This document shows positions 1 through 13,173 of a DNA stretch of 64,000 nt, piece by piece. This DNA comes from Octopus sinensis (lineage: Eukaryota). A program made the position numbers and the translations under genes. The notes below the pieces were generated by a model. The model was given only the letters and a program-made list of their open reading frames with translations. It did no database searches and was not told where the DNA came from. Where the stretch lies: NCBI RefSeq assembly GCF_006345805.1, contig NC_043003.1:18662001-18726000 (forward strand). The letters are read 5' to 3'. Positions within the stretch are counted from its first letter, which is position 1, and every line of letters begins with the position of its first letter.

Positions 1-169
1 ATGAAACCAAACATCTGAGCCTGGTTGATGCTATAGGAAGGATTAATTCCCTGCAAGAATAACTAAGAGAATTTGCTTTCTACTAACTCACTCACCTATT
101 ACAACTTTATGCCTAAGGTAATGTTAATTTCTGATGTTGGAAAAGCAGGGTTCAATATCGACAACATAC

Positions 170-298
170 CTTAGGATGAAGATCTTTATTATCACCATCT
201 TGTGTACCCTCCGAGGAGGTTCCCTTAAGGAGTTTACCATCTTCAGTGCTCCCACTTGAATGCCTGGACTTTGCTTGCTGCTCCCGCAGTGTGAACAG
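170..298 (-). CDS. PPFIA: Liprin-alpha coding exon (43 aa, LFTLREQQAKSRHSSGSTEDGKLLKGTSSEGTQDGDNKDLHPK), phase 0-0
   Basis: Acceptor tttttttttctatatag|CTG at 298 and donor AAG|gtatgt at 170; 129 nt, open. ANQE|LFTLREQQ continues the heptad pattern and parallels human PPFIA1 THKE|LMILKEQ (recalled). The rest is a poorly conserved linker. Confidence 0.85.
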
Positions 299-1916
299 CT
301 ATATAGAAAAAAAAATTGTTTTTCTTCAGTGTCTGTTGTGTGTTGGAGCGCTTAGACTTCTGTACAAAACCTTGCTTTCGGCAGGCACCTTGGCCATTAC
401 CTCGTTGCTGGATTGCAAGATTTCATAAGACAATAAATCCATAAATGCCAAAGAGTATCATAAATTTAAACTAAATTCTTGTTTTCCATATTTGTGAATG
501 CCTGTACCATTTGTGGTACCATCTACAACAATGTGATACACCAGTACGTTTACCATTATTTAGAACTATTTCTCATAACACTCCCACAAAAGTCACTTCA
601 TCCTTTTGTTGTTGTTTTTGGTTAGTTTTTTCCTTTCCTTGTTTAAACTTCTGGCAGTATAAATACATTCATTCAACTTTTAGGAACATTTAAAAAATTC
701 AAATTGTTAGTAGCTCAGTTAGGAAGAACGATCTCAAAACAAAATCCAATACGATTTTGTTATTTAAAGATCAATGTAAGGCAAAGATATACAACTAGCA
801 ACATAGGAATAATATTTTAATTTTGTTCCACTAACAAAACTAAATGGATAGTCTTCTCTAATTAGAATGTTTTGTTTCAGGTAGATGAGTTTTGTTTTCA
901 TATAAGCAGATATTGGGCATATATGTATGTGTGTTTGTGTATGTTACAAAAAACAAAAAAAAAAAAAACATTTAAAATCTCAAAACACTCTGAAGTACAA
1001 ATCAATGAATTTCCTGTAATTTTCTCTTAACCTTTTTCTAAGCAGCTATTGATGCATAATACAAGCCAACAGAATAATAAACCTTAATGCAACATGAAAT
1101 AGTTGTCTATGTGTCTGTGTTGTGTTAGATAGACCCTAACAGTGTGTGCAAATGCACACACACATAGTTATATCTAGCAAGAAATATTATTTTTATTTAA
1201 TTTTCTATAGCTACTTAATATCTTGTGTATAACTTCAGTTAAATCATTATCTCACTAAACCCTAATTTTAAGTTCATTTATTATGTGAAAGTTAACCATT
1301 CCTACAAGATGAAGAAATACAGTTTAATAAACATACATTGTTATTTTCTACGTAATGACAATATAATGCAATTAATCACAATAACTGTCTTGGACGTAAT
1401 AATAATTATTTAGACACAGAATAGCTTTAACAACTGACAGTTGTAGTTCAGTGCCATTTTACTCTTAGTGGAAGTTGAGTAATAATATTATTTCTAATAG
1501 TCTAGAAGTGGTTCTTAATTCTTCTTTGTAATAATGGCAGCCAAATTGTTCGAATTTGCATGAAAACATGACAACAAATTCAGTGTCATTTTCAAATGCA
1601 TTGCTTTTGCTATGATTTAAACATCACCATTAGTGATGATAATAATATCATCCTACTTCAAGTCTCTAAATATACTTCAATCCTTTATTTCATCTAGTAT
1701 TTTGTTTGTTTTGAGCCAACCCAAGGTTAAGTATACAAGATAATGCATCTATGGATGAGACTTATTAACTGCTGCTTGGTAACCGATACATTCTAGAATC
1801 ATGTTGAATGAATGAATTCACCTATGCAGCTTTTCCTTCCATATCACTAAGAAAAACAGTAATTACCAAATAACTTACTAAATTCCAAGAATAGCCAACT
1901 CAAATCCAATGGTTGC

Positions 1917-2028
1917 TGATTATGATCATATGGAAACAATCATAAGTAATTATGATCATACGGAAATGATCATAAGTGATTATGATCATATGGAAATGAT
2001 CATAAGTGATTATGATCATATGGAAATG
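1917..2028. repeat. 30-bp minisatellite, about 3.7 copies (tgattatgatcatatggaaatgatcataag)
   Basis: Tandem periodicity directly visible; accounts for the repeating peptide in ORF 1909..2166. Confidence 0.95.
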
Positions 2029-3779
2029 CATATTTCACAATATCAATTGTTCTCAGTAACCAGATGTGTTGTGAAGGCAACTGATGTTGAATGGGGGCAA
2101 AACCCAGTGTTAAAAAGACAAAAGGATACTGCAGTGGACAGCAGTTTTATATTAAATATCTTGTAGGCACCAAGTAGTTTGCTGATAGAATACAGAAGAG
2201 TCATTGTACAGGAACTCCTCATGATAGCAATAGCTCAAGGAGTTGGAGACTGATGCAGGCAACCTCATAGTTAAGGAAAAGCAGCTGTAGTGAAAGATGT
2301 CAACGGAAAAGAAACCTATTACATGAAGAGGGATGAATGTGTGTGGCTCAGGAGCTAAAGAGATGGACTCACAATCATGAGGTAGTGAGTTCGATTGGGC
2401 AACTGCTGGTCCTCCATAAACAACCTTGCCAAGACTTGTACCTCAAAGAGGAATTTTTTAGGTATGATCCCATGGTCGTTCATGACTAAAGAGGGTCTTT
2501 GCCTCCCGCCCTTTTATTTTGTTTACATGAAGAGGGATATTAAAACCAAAGTTTGCTGTTTACAGCAGGTTCAAAGGTTCTCTCAGATATATATTAGTCA
2601 AGGTTCCACTGAAAGGTGGCACAATATCAAAAGTTATCACTTACATTTTAATGACTATGATAATTATTAAGCAGGTAATAAGTTAGAATAATTTAATTGG
2701 TTGCAAGTCAAACTGCAGCTCAATGATTAAAATTCATTAAGCCAATTATATTACATGGAAAGGCAGTAACTGAATTCAAAATGGGAATTTTCAAAGAATT
2801 GTCCTACTTAACACCACCAAATGTATTTTCTGTACTTTTTAAATTTCCTTACATTTTTATATCAAGAGTTGAATAATAATCTCCATGGAATTTTTGAAAT
2901 TCTGAACTGAAGAATTGAAACAGCGCTTAAAGTAAAGCCTTTTCTCATCATTTTTTTTTTTTTTTCCTTTCAATATGTAATTAAATAGATAACGAAGAAA
3001 TGTTTAAAGGGAAAGCATCAGAACTTGCGTTCAAATAAATGTTTATGTACAAGCATCTAGATGTAGTCATATGCGTATAATACAAATCGGATTCTGATTT
3101 ATATCTGTCACATATGTATTAGTGTATGTATGTGAGTGTGTGGTTGTGTGTTTGAATTTTAATTGTTTTATATGGCAAACTTAAAAAGTAATTCAGCTAT
3201 ATAGAATAGGACTACTTTTTTTTTTTTAAAGAAAAGGTGAGGAAAGGGACAAATAACTATCTGAACAATGAAAGAGGGTGTGATAAAAGTGAACATAAAA
3301 CAAACAAAAAAATCTAATAAATATACTTGGTAGCAGCAACTTTTTGAGAAATACTATGTATAAATAATTTATCAGGTAGGACATAAAAAGATTTTTTTTT
3401 TCGTTTTTTTTTTTTTTTTAAATTCAGTAATAAAACAACAAAATAAAAATTTGACATTCAATATACAATGACAATAACATGGTGAGAAAAAAAAAAAATC
3501 AACAAGTGCTGCTGCAAGGAAATTTGCGGTACATTGTTTTAATTTACATCAATGTGCACAGATGCACATGTGACAACATTTTACAAACAAATGTAGAAAA
3601 CAGCAAAAAAAAAATAAATAATATATAAAACTGATTTCAATAATAGAAAGAAAGTAATACATAAAATTTGACACAAGATAGAGAGAAATTTTATTATCAT
3701 TTTGGTAGTGGGCTTTTCATCAATTCTATGTTCACTTTATTTATGCCATTCAAGCTGCATTTCGAAATAAACAAATACA

Positions 3780-3788
3780 TACATACAT

Positions 3789-3824
<36 letters not shown>

Positions 3825-3902
3825 CATATATATATATATACGTTTATATATTTGTTGTGTATATATATATATATATGTATATATGTATATATATATATAT
3901 AG

Positions 3903-3937
<35 letters not shown>

Positions 3938-3982
3938 TATATATATGTGTATATATATATATATATATGTGTATATATATAT

Positions 3983-4046
<64 letters not shown>

Positions 4047-4218
4047 GTATATATATGTATGATATATATATATATATATGTGTGTATGTATATAGATATA
4101 TATACATATGCATGTATGTATGTATATATATATATATATATATGTATATAGATATATATACACATATGCATGTATGTATATATATATATGTATATAGATA
4201 TATATACACATATGCATG

Positions 4219-4257
<39 letters not shown>

Positions 4258-4286
4258 ATATATATATATACACACACATATGCATG

Positions 4287-4322
<36 letters not shown>

Positions 4323-4412
4323 TGTATGTATATATACACATATGCATGTATATATATATATATATATATATACACATACACATATGTATGCATATATATA
4401 TGTATACACATG

Positions 4413-4447
<35 letters not shown>

Positions 4448-4450
4448 ATA
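3780..4450. repeat. Long compound (AT)n microsatellite with ATGT/AC interruptions
   Basis: About 670 bp of alternating purine-pyrimidine; source of all the Y/I/C/M/H ORFs at 3750-4530. Confidence 0.98.
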
Positions 4451-5815
4451 ACTTAAAATATATGTATATTATTTTACATTTACTCTTCTTCAACTTCCTT
4501 TATATACATAATTTCACATTTTCTCTTTAACTTCCTTATATATATACACAAACACACACACAGATGCATACACACGTGTACAGATGTATGTGTGCATGTG
4601 TGGGAGTTGAAGAGGAGAAAAATGCAAAATAATTTCAAATTGAATGCTGTCTCAGATATCTATTGACATAATAACAATGTTGGACAAATGGGAAGAGAAG
4701 GAAAAAAAGCAAACAAAAAAAATAATAAAGCATATGATATGTCAGGTAGACCATTCGATAAATGTGGCACAAACAGGATGCACATTCTACAAAATAGTCC
4801 TTTTGAACGAACAGAATCAAGGAAATTCGAAGTTTAGATATGCAATCTAATCAAATGCTAAAAGAAAATGGCACCACTCTCAGGATAAAACAAATGAATA
4901 ACAAATGGGGATTTGGATGAGGTGGGAGCTAAGCTTCGTTGCACATCCTTCCCTTTAAGCTACATATTCGGGAGAAATATTTCTCCTAGTGTTAACCAAA
5001 AAGCAGAGTCAAAAAGAAGATTTTTCTCTACACAGGTGTTCAGAATCTGAATGAATTTTGCACTACTATCTATAATAGCCATCAATTGATGTAAGAAACA
5101 ATATTGCTAATGTTCTTGTGTGTATATTTCAAATGGCTTATTTTTCCGTGATCTGTGCTTCAACCAATATGCAACAGGATGAACAAAGTCAACAATACAA
5201 ATTTCTTAATACCTACAATACTTGCTCAAAAAAAAAAAATGGTAGTGGGGCAAAATTTGGATAGAAAATGAGAACAAAAATTATTTACATTTTACTTTCT
5301 TTGATAAGAATTTGGAGTTTCTAACTTCAGTAGTTTATGAGATACTAGAAGAAGTGAGACGCTCTGGCAAACATGCATGACAAAAACAATAGCAACAACC
5401 AATTTTAGCGGATAAGGAAAGGACAATGCACTTAATTCTTCATTTTAATAAATTATTAATTAAATTTCCCAGTGGAGAAAGAGAACAAACCTAGCCTAAC
5501 TTAGTGGCAACTTTGCAATTCTTGAAGAAAGGGAGGAGGGATCCTTGCAAGAAATTACAACTTAATTTCTATAAGTTAATTCACTTGCATATGCTGGGTT
5601 ATACAGTATACTTTTACACTACATACATATGTAGCATATAAACAGAATATATAAATGGCTTGATACAGATGAAAAAAGAAAGAAAAATAAGGAACAGATG
5701 GTTTTATAGGTTCGTAGCAGCTGAGAAGATTATGAAAAGGTTAAAAATATTTCCATAGATAATGCTGTATCAAGTTACACTATACATACTATATCTTCCA
5801 TGCTACATTAAATAC

Positions 5816-5867
<52 letters not shown>

Positions 5868-6546
5868 ATATTTGATCAGAGCAAGAAGTTTCTGACATAC
5901 ATTGCCTTTATAGTTTCTATTCATATTATAGGATTATTTGAATATGGTAAAGTTGATTTAATTTTTTTTTTTATATCTATCTCATTTATACATCATAGTT
6001 CGAAAATTTTTATAAGCCTAAAATTAAATAAATATATAAAATAAACCAAAATTTTCATGGCAATAAAATTGTAACTGTGTGCACATGACAAAGAGAGGGG
6101 GAGCACTATAACAGAAATATCAGACAGAGGAAGAGAAAAAAATATGGAAGAACTGTTTCTACTTTTATTGCAACCAAGAACACAACAAACGATACTTTAA
6201 AGAATAGTTTACCAAAGAATTTAATATTCAGGAAATACAATAAGCATCCTTACTTATTACAAATGATTGATGCTTAGCAGCTTTGAGTTTGACACCAAGG
6301 GAAAAGGAAGGAAGGAAAGAAGGAAGGCGGGAATATTTTTCTGCTGGTTAAAGAAATAACTATTTTGTAGATTTATCTTCCATCCATAATTGTAGATATG
6401 CAACACTATAAATCAGAGCTGAGTTGTCAGTGAGTTGCAGCTAGAACCAAGTTTCAACTCTCAGCTAGAACCATTTTCACTTATTGGCTTCAGATATTCA
6501 CTTTTTCCAGAAAAAAAAACAAAAACTTTATGCTACCTACACACAT

Positions 6547-6583
<37 letters not shown>

Positions 6584-7071
6584 CATTATAACAAATTTTG
6601 GCGAGGATTAAGCTTTTTCTGACTGAAGTAAATAGCCACAAAAGAATACAGGATGCTTCAAGTCTGTATTTGAAGAGGAGTAAACAAATGTTTCAGAGGA
6701 AGAGAAAAACCAAACTTAAAGAACGGAAAAATAACAGACTTTGTAGCTTATTATTGAAAATGATTCCAAAGGAGCCAATATTCTTTAAATTTAAAATTCA
6801 GCCCCAAAAAAAAGAAGAAAAAAGAAAAAATTAATTTTAAATTCAGAAAATGCAGAAGAAAAAAAAAAATGTAATTAACTTCAAAATGAAATGCTAAGAA
6901 GAAAAAAAATTTTTGCCAAGTTCTTTGTGGGGGAATCAGAAGAGGAACAATGTAGAGCCTTCTACTGCAGCAGGTCTAGACAAGCTTCCTGCCTGTTTGA
7001 TCAATAATTATGCAGCAAGATATAATCATTAGATACTGGAAACATGTTATCTATCTATCTATCTATCTGTC

Positions 7072-7118
<47 letters not shown>

Positions 7119-7207
7119 TAGATACTGAGTATGAGTACATATCTGTGCGTGTGTGTTCTAGATACTGAGTAATCCAAAGTGTAATTAAAACAATTTTATT
7201 TTTAAAA

Positions 7208-7618
7208 CTAGCAGCATAGCCCAGCGTTGCCCGGGTATGTAAGAGCCCCTAGTAGGCAACGACTAATCCCAATCTAGTCCTTTCCTTCTAGGGAACGAAG
7301 GTGCATGTGTAGGTTTCAATGTCTTCTGTGTATACGATGCTCCTAGTTGTCCCTTTGGGCGAAAACGCGATTTCCCAAAATGGCATGATTTTATCGATTT
7401 TTTCTGATGGTAAGGTATTGCATGGAAAACTAACGTCAGAATTAAGTTTCTTAGGGTAACATTAAGCTTCACAAATTTTCGCTGCGTTAGTTTTGAATTA
7501 TGACATTGGGCTTTGTGTGTGTCAAGTTTCATCAGAATTGGTTGAAAGCCGTGGTCAGGGTGAGGGTACAACCTGACAGACACACAGACAGACAAACTGC
7601 CGTTTATATAGAGAGAGA
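7208..7618 (-). mobile_element. Non-autonomous Helitron (411 bp)
   Basis: Minus strand reads A|TCTCTCTCTATATAAA ... CCCGGGCAACGCTGGG hairpin ... CTAG|T: 5'-TC, 3'-CTAG, subterminal hairpin, A|T target, no TSD; internal (ACAG)n; CpGs retained. Confidence 0.9.
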
Positions 7619-8156
7619 TAATACCAGTGATTTTTAACAAGGTTCCTCAAAAACTCTTATGAAGTTGTTCTAGAGGATAGGAGAAGGAAGAACAAGAGAG
7701 AAAGAGAGAAAGGGCCAGAGAGAAGAAAGGGGGCAATGTCAAGTTAAACATGTGCCTTGAATATTTTCAAGAGTTGTCAATCATAGCTAACCACAGCTGA
7801 AGCAGGACAGTGGCCTACATGCTGAAGGGATCGTGTTTCACAGTGTCTATGATCAAAACACCTCAATGGCTCAGTTCACTGAGCTGTAAACGGATACCAT
7901 GTTGGCACTGCATTGTTGAAGGTGTTTCAGCTGTGATTTTTTTTTCAGACTTAATGTATCTAGGACTATATTATTCAAAGTGTATTCCTTTTTTTAATAT
8001 GGTAGGATATGATCTCATGGATAATTAGTTGCTATTTCTAGCAAACTGAGCAATCCCATAGAGGCTCCCTCATTGGCTCATACAATGCTAGATTGCTGTT
8101 TAGCACCAGGTCAAATCTGATTGAGCACACTAATGATTACAAGGCTATACATTTAA

Positions 8157-9232
8157 CCCTTTCGTTACTATATTTCTGACCAAATTACACCCCATATGTG
8201 TTTCAATTAATTTCTAACGTAATCATAAATTTAGTCTGGTCTCATTAAACAACTATAACTTTTTTATTTATCGATATATTAATCTGATTTTTGGAAGATA
8301 ATTTAATGAAATATTCTCAACCAATTCTATACTATAATTTTTGTCACAAAGTGACTCTAATTACAGGTAGATACAGGTAAATTCAACAAAATATAAAATT
8401 ATTAAAATTTTGTTCAAACATCGCTATAGAAAATGGGTTATTAGCTAATATTCAATTGGGTATACAACAAAATTTTATGATAGAATTTGTTATTCTGGGT
8501 AACTTTCTGATACCCATAATAATATTTATGGCAAAATAGTCTTAATTTCATTTAAGGTTGTGGGAAATAACAAACTATCATTTCTTTCGCTTTGTTTACG
8601 TTTAGCGTAACGGTTTGTTTTCACCGTAATGATTTCAAATAGGCTCATTCGAAAAAGTAAATAGAAATAATCTAAGGCTTTACCCTTCTGGGAAAGTCTG
8701 TGGCTTGGTCCAGTTTCTTCAGAAAAATCACCGAAAGAAACAGTTTTTAAATTTCCACTCCATTCAGGTGCCAATTCGTTTTCTTTATCGCTGTCGGAGC
8801 TCTCGAATTCACTGTTTTCACTTTCGGAAAATGAAACATCAGATTCATTATCAAATACCATGTGCTTTTTTTTTTCAGTCATAGAGTTAGATTTATGAAG
8901 GTCTTCAGTAGAAAATCCTTCGAATTCTGACTCGCTGCTTGATATAATGAAATTCGTATCCATTTTTTGTCAGAATTACAAATTTTGAAAACACAATAGG
9001 AACAAATTTCGGAAAAAAATCTCCCAAAATTCACGGAATTAAAATTACACTTCGATTATTGTACAAAACTGTAGCTGAACTGTTTACGAAGTATAATACG
9101 TGTTTTCACGAATGTACTGAAGAGATTTGCTCTGATATTCTCATTTAAATATGAATAGGTAAATTCGGGCGGCTTGGTCTCATAAACCAAAATTTTTTTC
9201 GGGCGGCTTTGGGCGGTTTGGTAACGAAAGGG
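8157..9232 (-). mobile_element. Internally deleted piggyBac element (1076 bp) with TTAA TSDs
   Basis: TTAA at 8153-8156 and 9233-9236; perfect 12-bp TIR ccctttcgttac/gtaacgaaaggg; three subterminal GGGCGGYTT repeats at 9166-9219; contains ORF 8526..8963. Confidence 0.93.
8526..8963 (-). pseudogene. Truncated piggyBac (PGBD4-like) transposase N-terminus, 145 aa, no DDD catalytic domain
   Basis: Acidic S/E/D-rich N-terminus followed by F.EETGP...ALDYFYLLF...FEII..KTNRYA and PTTLNEIK, typical of piggyBac N-termini; similarity ends near 8540. Confidence 0.85.
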
Positions 9233-9244
9233 TTAAGGGGAGCT

Positions 9245-9520
9245 TCATCATAATCCTCATTATTACTATTTAATATCCATTTTCCAGGCTGGTATGGGTT
9301 GGATGGTTTGAAAGAAACAGCACCAAGCTCTTGTGTTTGCTTTGGCATGTTTTCTGTAGTTGGATGGCCTTCTTAACACTAATGCCAACCACTTTACAGG
9401 GTGTACTAGGTGCTTTTAGCATGGTACCAGCACCACCAAAGTCACCGAGTAATGTGCAAGACAAAGAAAGATCCCACAGCTGAGGAAAGAGTATTGAAAG
9501 GGGTGGCTTTGTGCCAGGTG
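9245..9520 (-). mobile_element. Family C (RTE-tail) retroposon, degenerate
   Basis: tttccaggctggtatgggttggatgg...ggatggccttcttaacactaatgccaacc, shared with other family C copies. Confidence 0.7.
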
Positions 9521-10637
9521 ATGAGGGGATTTGTGCTACAAAATTCAATGTGTCCTACATTTTTTACAATGCTAAGTGTGATTTGAAGAAAATTTGGCTG
9601 CTCTTTCTAGCTGACTGAGGGATTATAAAGAAACCCCTCATAAGCTTCTGCAGTGTTAACTTAAAATAGCAAATAGATGCCAACCAACATTCTGAGAATA
9701 TATACTCAAATTGCCAATTTTCTAAACAAAATTTCCTCACATACTATATAATTTCACTGTTTCAAGTTGGCAAAGCAAATATATAACCATTTTACTTATA
9801 AAGCTACAAGTGCTCTGTTTATAGCAGCTATTTATGATATATATATCTTACACTTCTCTTGTTTTATTCTTTTTTAAAAAAAAAGCCAATTTAGGAAATG
9901 TTAATAACCAGTATTTCACATGAAGTAAAGCTAAATAGATTTGTAGATGTATTAATAACAATGAATGCAAGAGAGTAGAGTATGAGAGAAGCCTTCCTGT
10001 TTATTTGTTTCACCATCACAAAAATATAAAAGAAAGAGATTGAAATAAAGAAACACATTTTCAAAGAGCTATTTTAAAATGTATCAACATTTTAGAGACA
10101 TGCCACTTGTCAACAATCTTGTGTGTATACATGCATACACACATGCAGCCTTGTGTGTGTGTGTGTGCCATAGATTGTTCATCCTCTTCTATATAAATTC
10201 TATAAATCTAGCACTTTTCCAGCAGAAATTATATGCTGCTAGGGTCCAAATAGTGTTTGTACAACTCAATAAATCCGAGGATTAAATTAAACTCACACAT
10301 ATTTCCATATAAACAGGGTTTGATAATAGGCCTCCTAAGATATTAAATTATGCCTTTAATGGAATTCATTTAGGACTGACAAATGAGCCCTGATCAATTT
10401 ACTATTTCATAAATTTCTCTGCAACAAATCAATCTGTCCAGGGATGTTGTTATTATGCTTTAGTGTTTCATTAAGTTCACTGAAATTAGCCCAGGACAAA
10501 ATGAGATGAGCAACTTTAGAAATTCCATCAATAATGGTCTTTGCTGGTGTTTAGAATAGCTTACTGGTCTGTTGGTAAGTGTAAACTCAAAGCTCTTTCA
10601 AACACCAAAATTGAAAGCTGCTCATATACTTAATATC

Positions 10638-11210
10638 TTTCATTTTTTACTTGTTTCAGTCATTTGACTGTGACCATGCTGGGGCACCCCCTTGAATGGT
10701 TTTCAGTCAAACAAACTGACCCTAAAACTTTGTTTTAAAGCCTATTACACCAGCTGTCACGCAGTGGGTGGAGGGAACAAACACACACACACACACAAAA
10801 TGTACGTATGACGGGCTCCTTTCAGTTTCTGTCTACCAAATCTACTCATAAGGTTTTGGTTTACTTGAGGCTATAGTAGAAGACACTTGCCTGAGGTACC
10901 ACGCAGTGTTACTGAACTTGGAACCATGAGGTTGGGAAGCAAGAAGCAAGCTTCTTGTTTCTTTATTGCCCACAAAGGGCTAAACAGAGGGGACAAACAA
11001 GGACAGACAAAGGGATTATATCGATTACATCGACCCCAGTGCGTAACTTATACTTAATTTATCGACCCCGAAAGGATGAAGGCAAAGTTGACCTCGGTGG
11101 AATTTGAACTTAGAACGTAACAGCAGACGAAATACCGTTAAGCATTTTGCCCGGCATGCTAACATTTCTGCCAGCTTGCCTCCTTCTTACCATACAGCTA
11201 TGCTTGTGCC
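10638..11210 (-). mobile_element. Family A tRNA-headed SINE interrupted by a family B SINE
   Basis: Tail ttttacttgtttcagtcatttgactg and head sequence on the minus strand; split at a duplicated cttctt. Confidence 0.85.
10957..11182 (-). mobile_element. Family B tRNA-headed SINE, nested, 6-bp TSD (cttctt)
   Basis: Near full-length inverse match to 46247-46478; cttctt at 10951-10956 and 11183-11188. Confidence 0.9.
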
Positions 11211-12109
11211 TATACTTACAGATATTCAACAAAATATATTAGTCACTGCTTTAGACACCAAATAACAATCTGTCTCCTTCATGCAATCCCTGGTAGCAGC
11301 CTTAAACTCATTCAGATACACTGGTGTAATGTTTTAAATATCAACAATGTATTTGTTAGAGTGTGCCATAAAATGAACCAAGGCACTAAAATTACTGGCA
11401 TTAGGAAAAGCATCTAACCAAAAAAATCATGCCAAAATGTAGTATAAAAATGTGACATAGGGTTCAACACATCTAGGAAGATAAACACTCTGAATAAGTA
11501 TTAGCTCAGACTGTAGCAAGTCATCCACGTTTTGCAAGCCATGGAGAAGCAGATGTAACATTATAACAATAACAATGATGGTGAAGATGAATGTACCTAC
11601 ATCCACTACTTTTTAAAGATGCTAGAATATGAAAGATAACTTGACTTCTACTTCTAGGATGTCAAGCATGTGACAGCTTAGAGGTTCTCTCATTAGATTG
11701 TACAGTAGTACTAAGTTGCATTTTTTTGTTCAACTCGACGTCAGCTTTGATCAAGCAGATTATTATGATCAAACGGGTTCCGGTTATGATTATCCACCTT
11801 TTTTTTTCAGACATAATGTCTGAATAGCAAAATGAGACGTGTGACTTTAGAAATGTACACCCAATAATGCCTTTGTTGCTGTTCAGAATAACTTACTGGT
11901 TTGTTGGTTAGTGTAAATCAAAGCTCTTTGAAACACCAAAAATGAAAGCAGCAAATAATATTCAATATACTTACACAGATTAAATGAAGTATATTAGTCA
12001 CAACTATAAAAACCAAATAATAATAACCATTTCACTATCTACCATTTTCCTACAATTCCTAGTAGTAACCTTCAACTCAATCAGATACAATGCCATAATG
12101 TTCCAAATC

Positions 12110-12531
12110 ATGATGGATATCATCATTCAATGCCAACTTCTACATGCTTCCATGGGTCAGGTGGAGTTTATTGAGGCAGATTTTCCACCTCAATAAATTT
12201 TCTACCAATTGGATGCCCTTCCAGTTGCCAACTCTCACCTGTTTCCAAGTAAAGTAATATTTTTCAAGAGCTAGACATGTATTTCATGGAATACTGGAAA
12301 TGAACAACCATCCTTGTCAGATGACTATGATATACAACCATCACATAATGTCTAGATAAGAGTACACACAAACAACACAAAATGGGCTTCTTTTAGGTTC
12401 TGTCAACTAAATCCACACACAAGCCAGGTGGTTATAGTAGATGACACTTGTCCAAAGCACTGCACAGTGGGAATGAACCCAAGACCACATGGTTGGCAAA
12501 TAAGTTTCTTAACCACACAGCACATCTGCAC
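12110..12531 (-). mobile_element. Composite SINE: family A head plus RTE-type tail
   Basis: Family A head at 12385-12531 joined to a ggatgcccttcc...gccaac tail region; same layout at 32325-32757, 34353-34738 and 37170-37660. Confidence 0.7.
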
Positions 12532-13142
12532 CAAACATTAATGATATATCCATTAGAGTGGAAAAGTCATAAAATGGATTATTTGCAAAAGTCATCAAAC
12601 TAGCAAATTTCTAGGTACTAAGTCTGGATAATATTTATTTTCATGGGATTCTACTGCTAGTATTTCAACCAGGACAAAATATAATATACAATTTTTTTTT
12701 TACCCTGTATGTAGAATATAGCTGAATCAAACCCAATATCTTTATATCTGTATATTTAAGCAATAGATTAAGATTATAAAAGAAGTCTGACTGAGTATCG
12801 TGATATTTTCTATACAAAATAATATAAAATGCATGAAAATTATAAAGAAGAGAAGAAGAAAAACAAAATAAAACATCAAAAAGCTGAAGAGGAATAATAA
12901 ACATATGGTGAGATGTGATGATAAGAACTGCAATAATAAATGTTGCAGGTCAACAGTAAGCAGTGCAGAGGTAGACCAAAGAAAGAAAAAGAAGATAAAG
13001 AAAAAAACTGGAATAAACTAGTTTGAGTAGATGTAAAAAGGATAAGACTTTAAAAGGAAATGTCACAGCCAGAAATAAACATTGAATCGAGAGATCAGAG
13101 AGACTGGGCTAACCTATACCTGAAGAGAAAGATTAATATCAA

Positions 13143-13173
<31 letters not shown>

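Noticed and set aside
1909-2166. ORF with DYDHMEMIIS repeats; also considered as a CRISPR-like array
   Set aside because: Direct tandem minisatellite without unique spacers, in eukaryotic intron context.
2850-2910. Acceptor/donor pair on the minus strand (ttcttcag ... gtaagg)
   Set aside because: In-frame stops from both acceptors.
3750-4530. Seven long ORFs (up to 247 aa) rich in Y, I, C, M, H
   Set aside because: Translation artefacts of the (AT)n microsatellite, which lacks stop codons.
8963-9020. CSB-PGBD3-style exon trap fusing liprin to the sense-oriented piggyBac ORF
   Set aside because: The nearest upstream AG (9021) has poor context and is followed by in-frame TAA and TGA before the ATG.
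10555-11925. Duplicated old repeat as mutually exclusive microexons (both copies have CCA|gtaag)
   Set aside because: The putative exons are 27-29 nt with immediate stops in phase 0.
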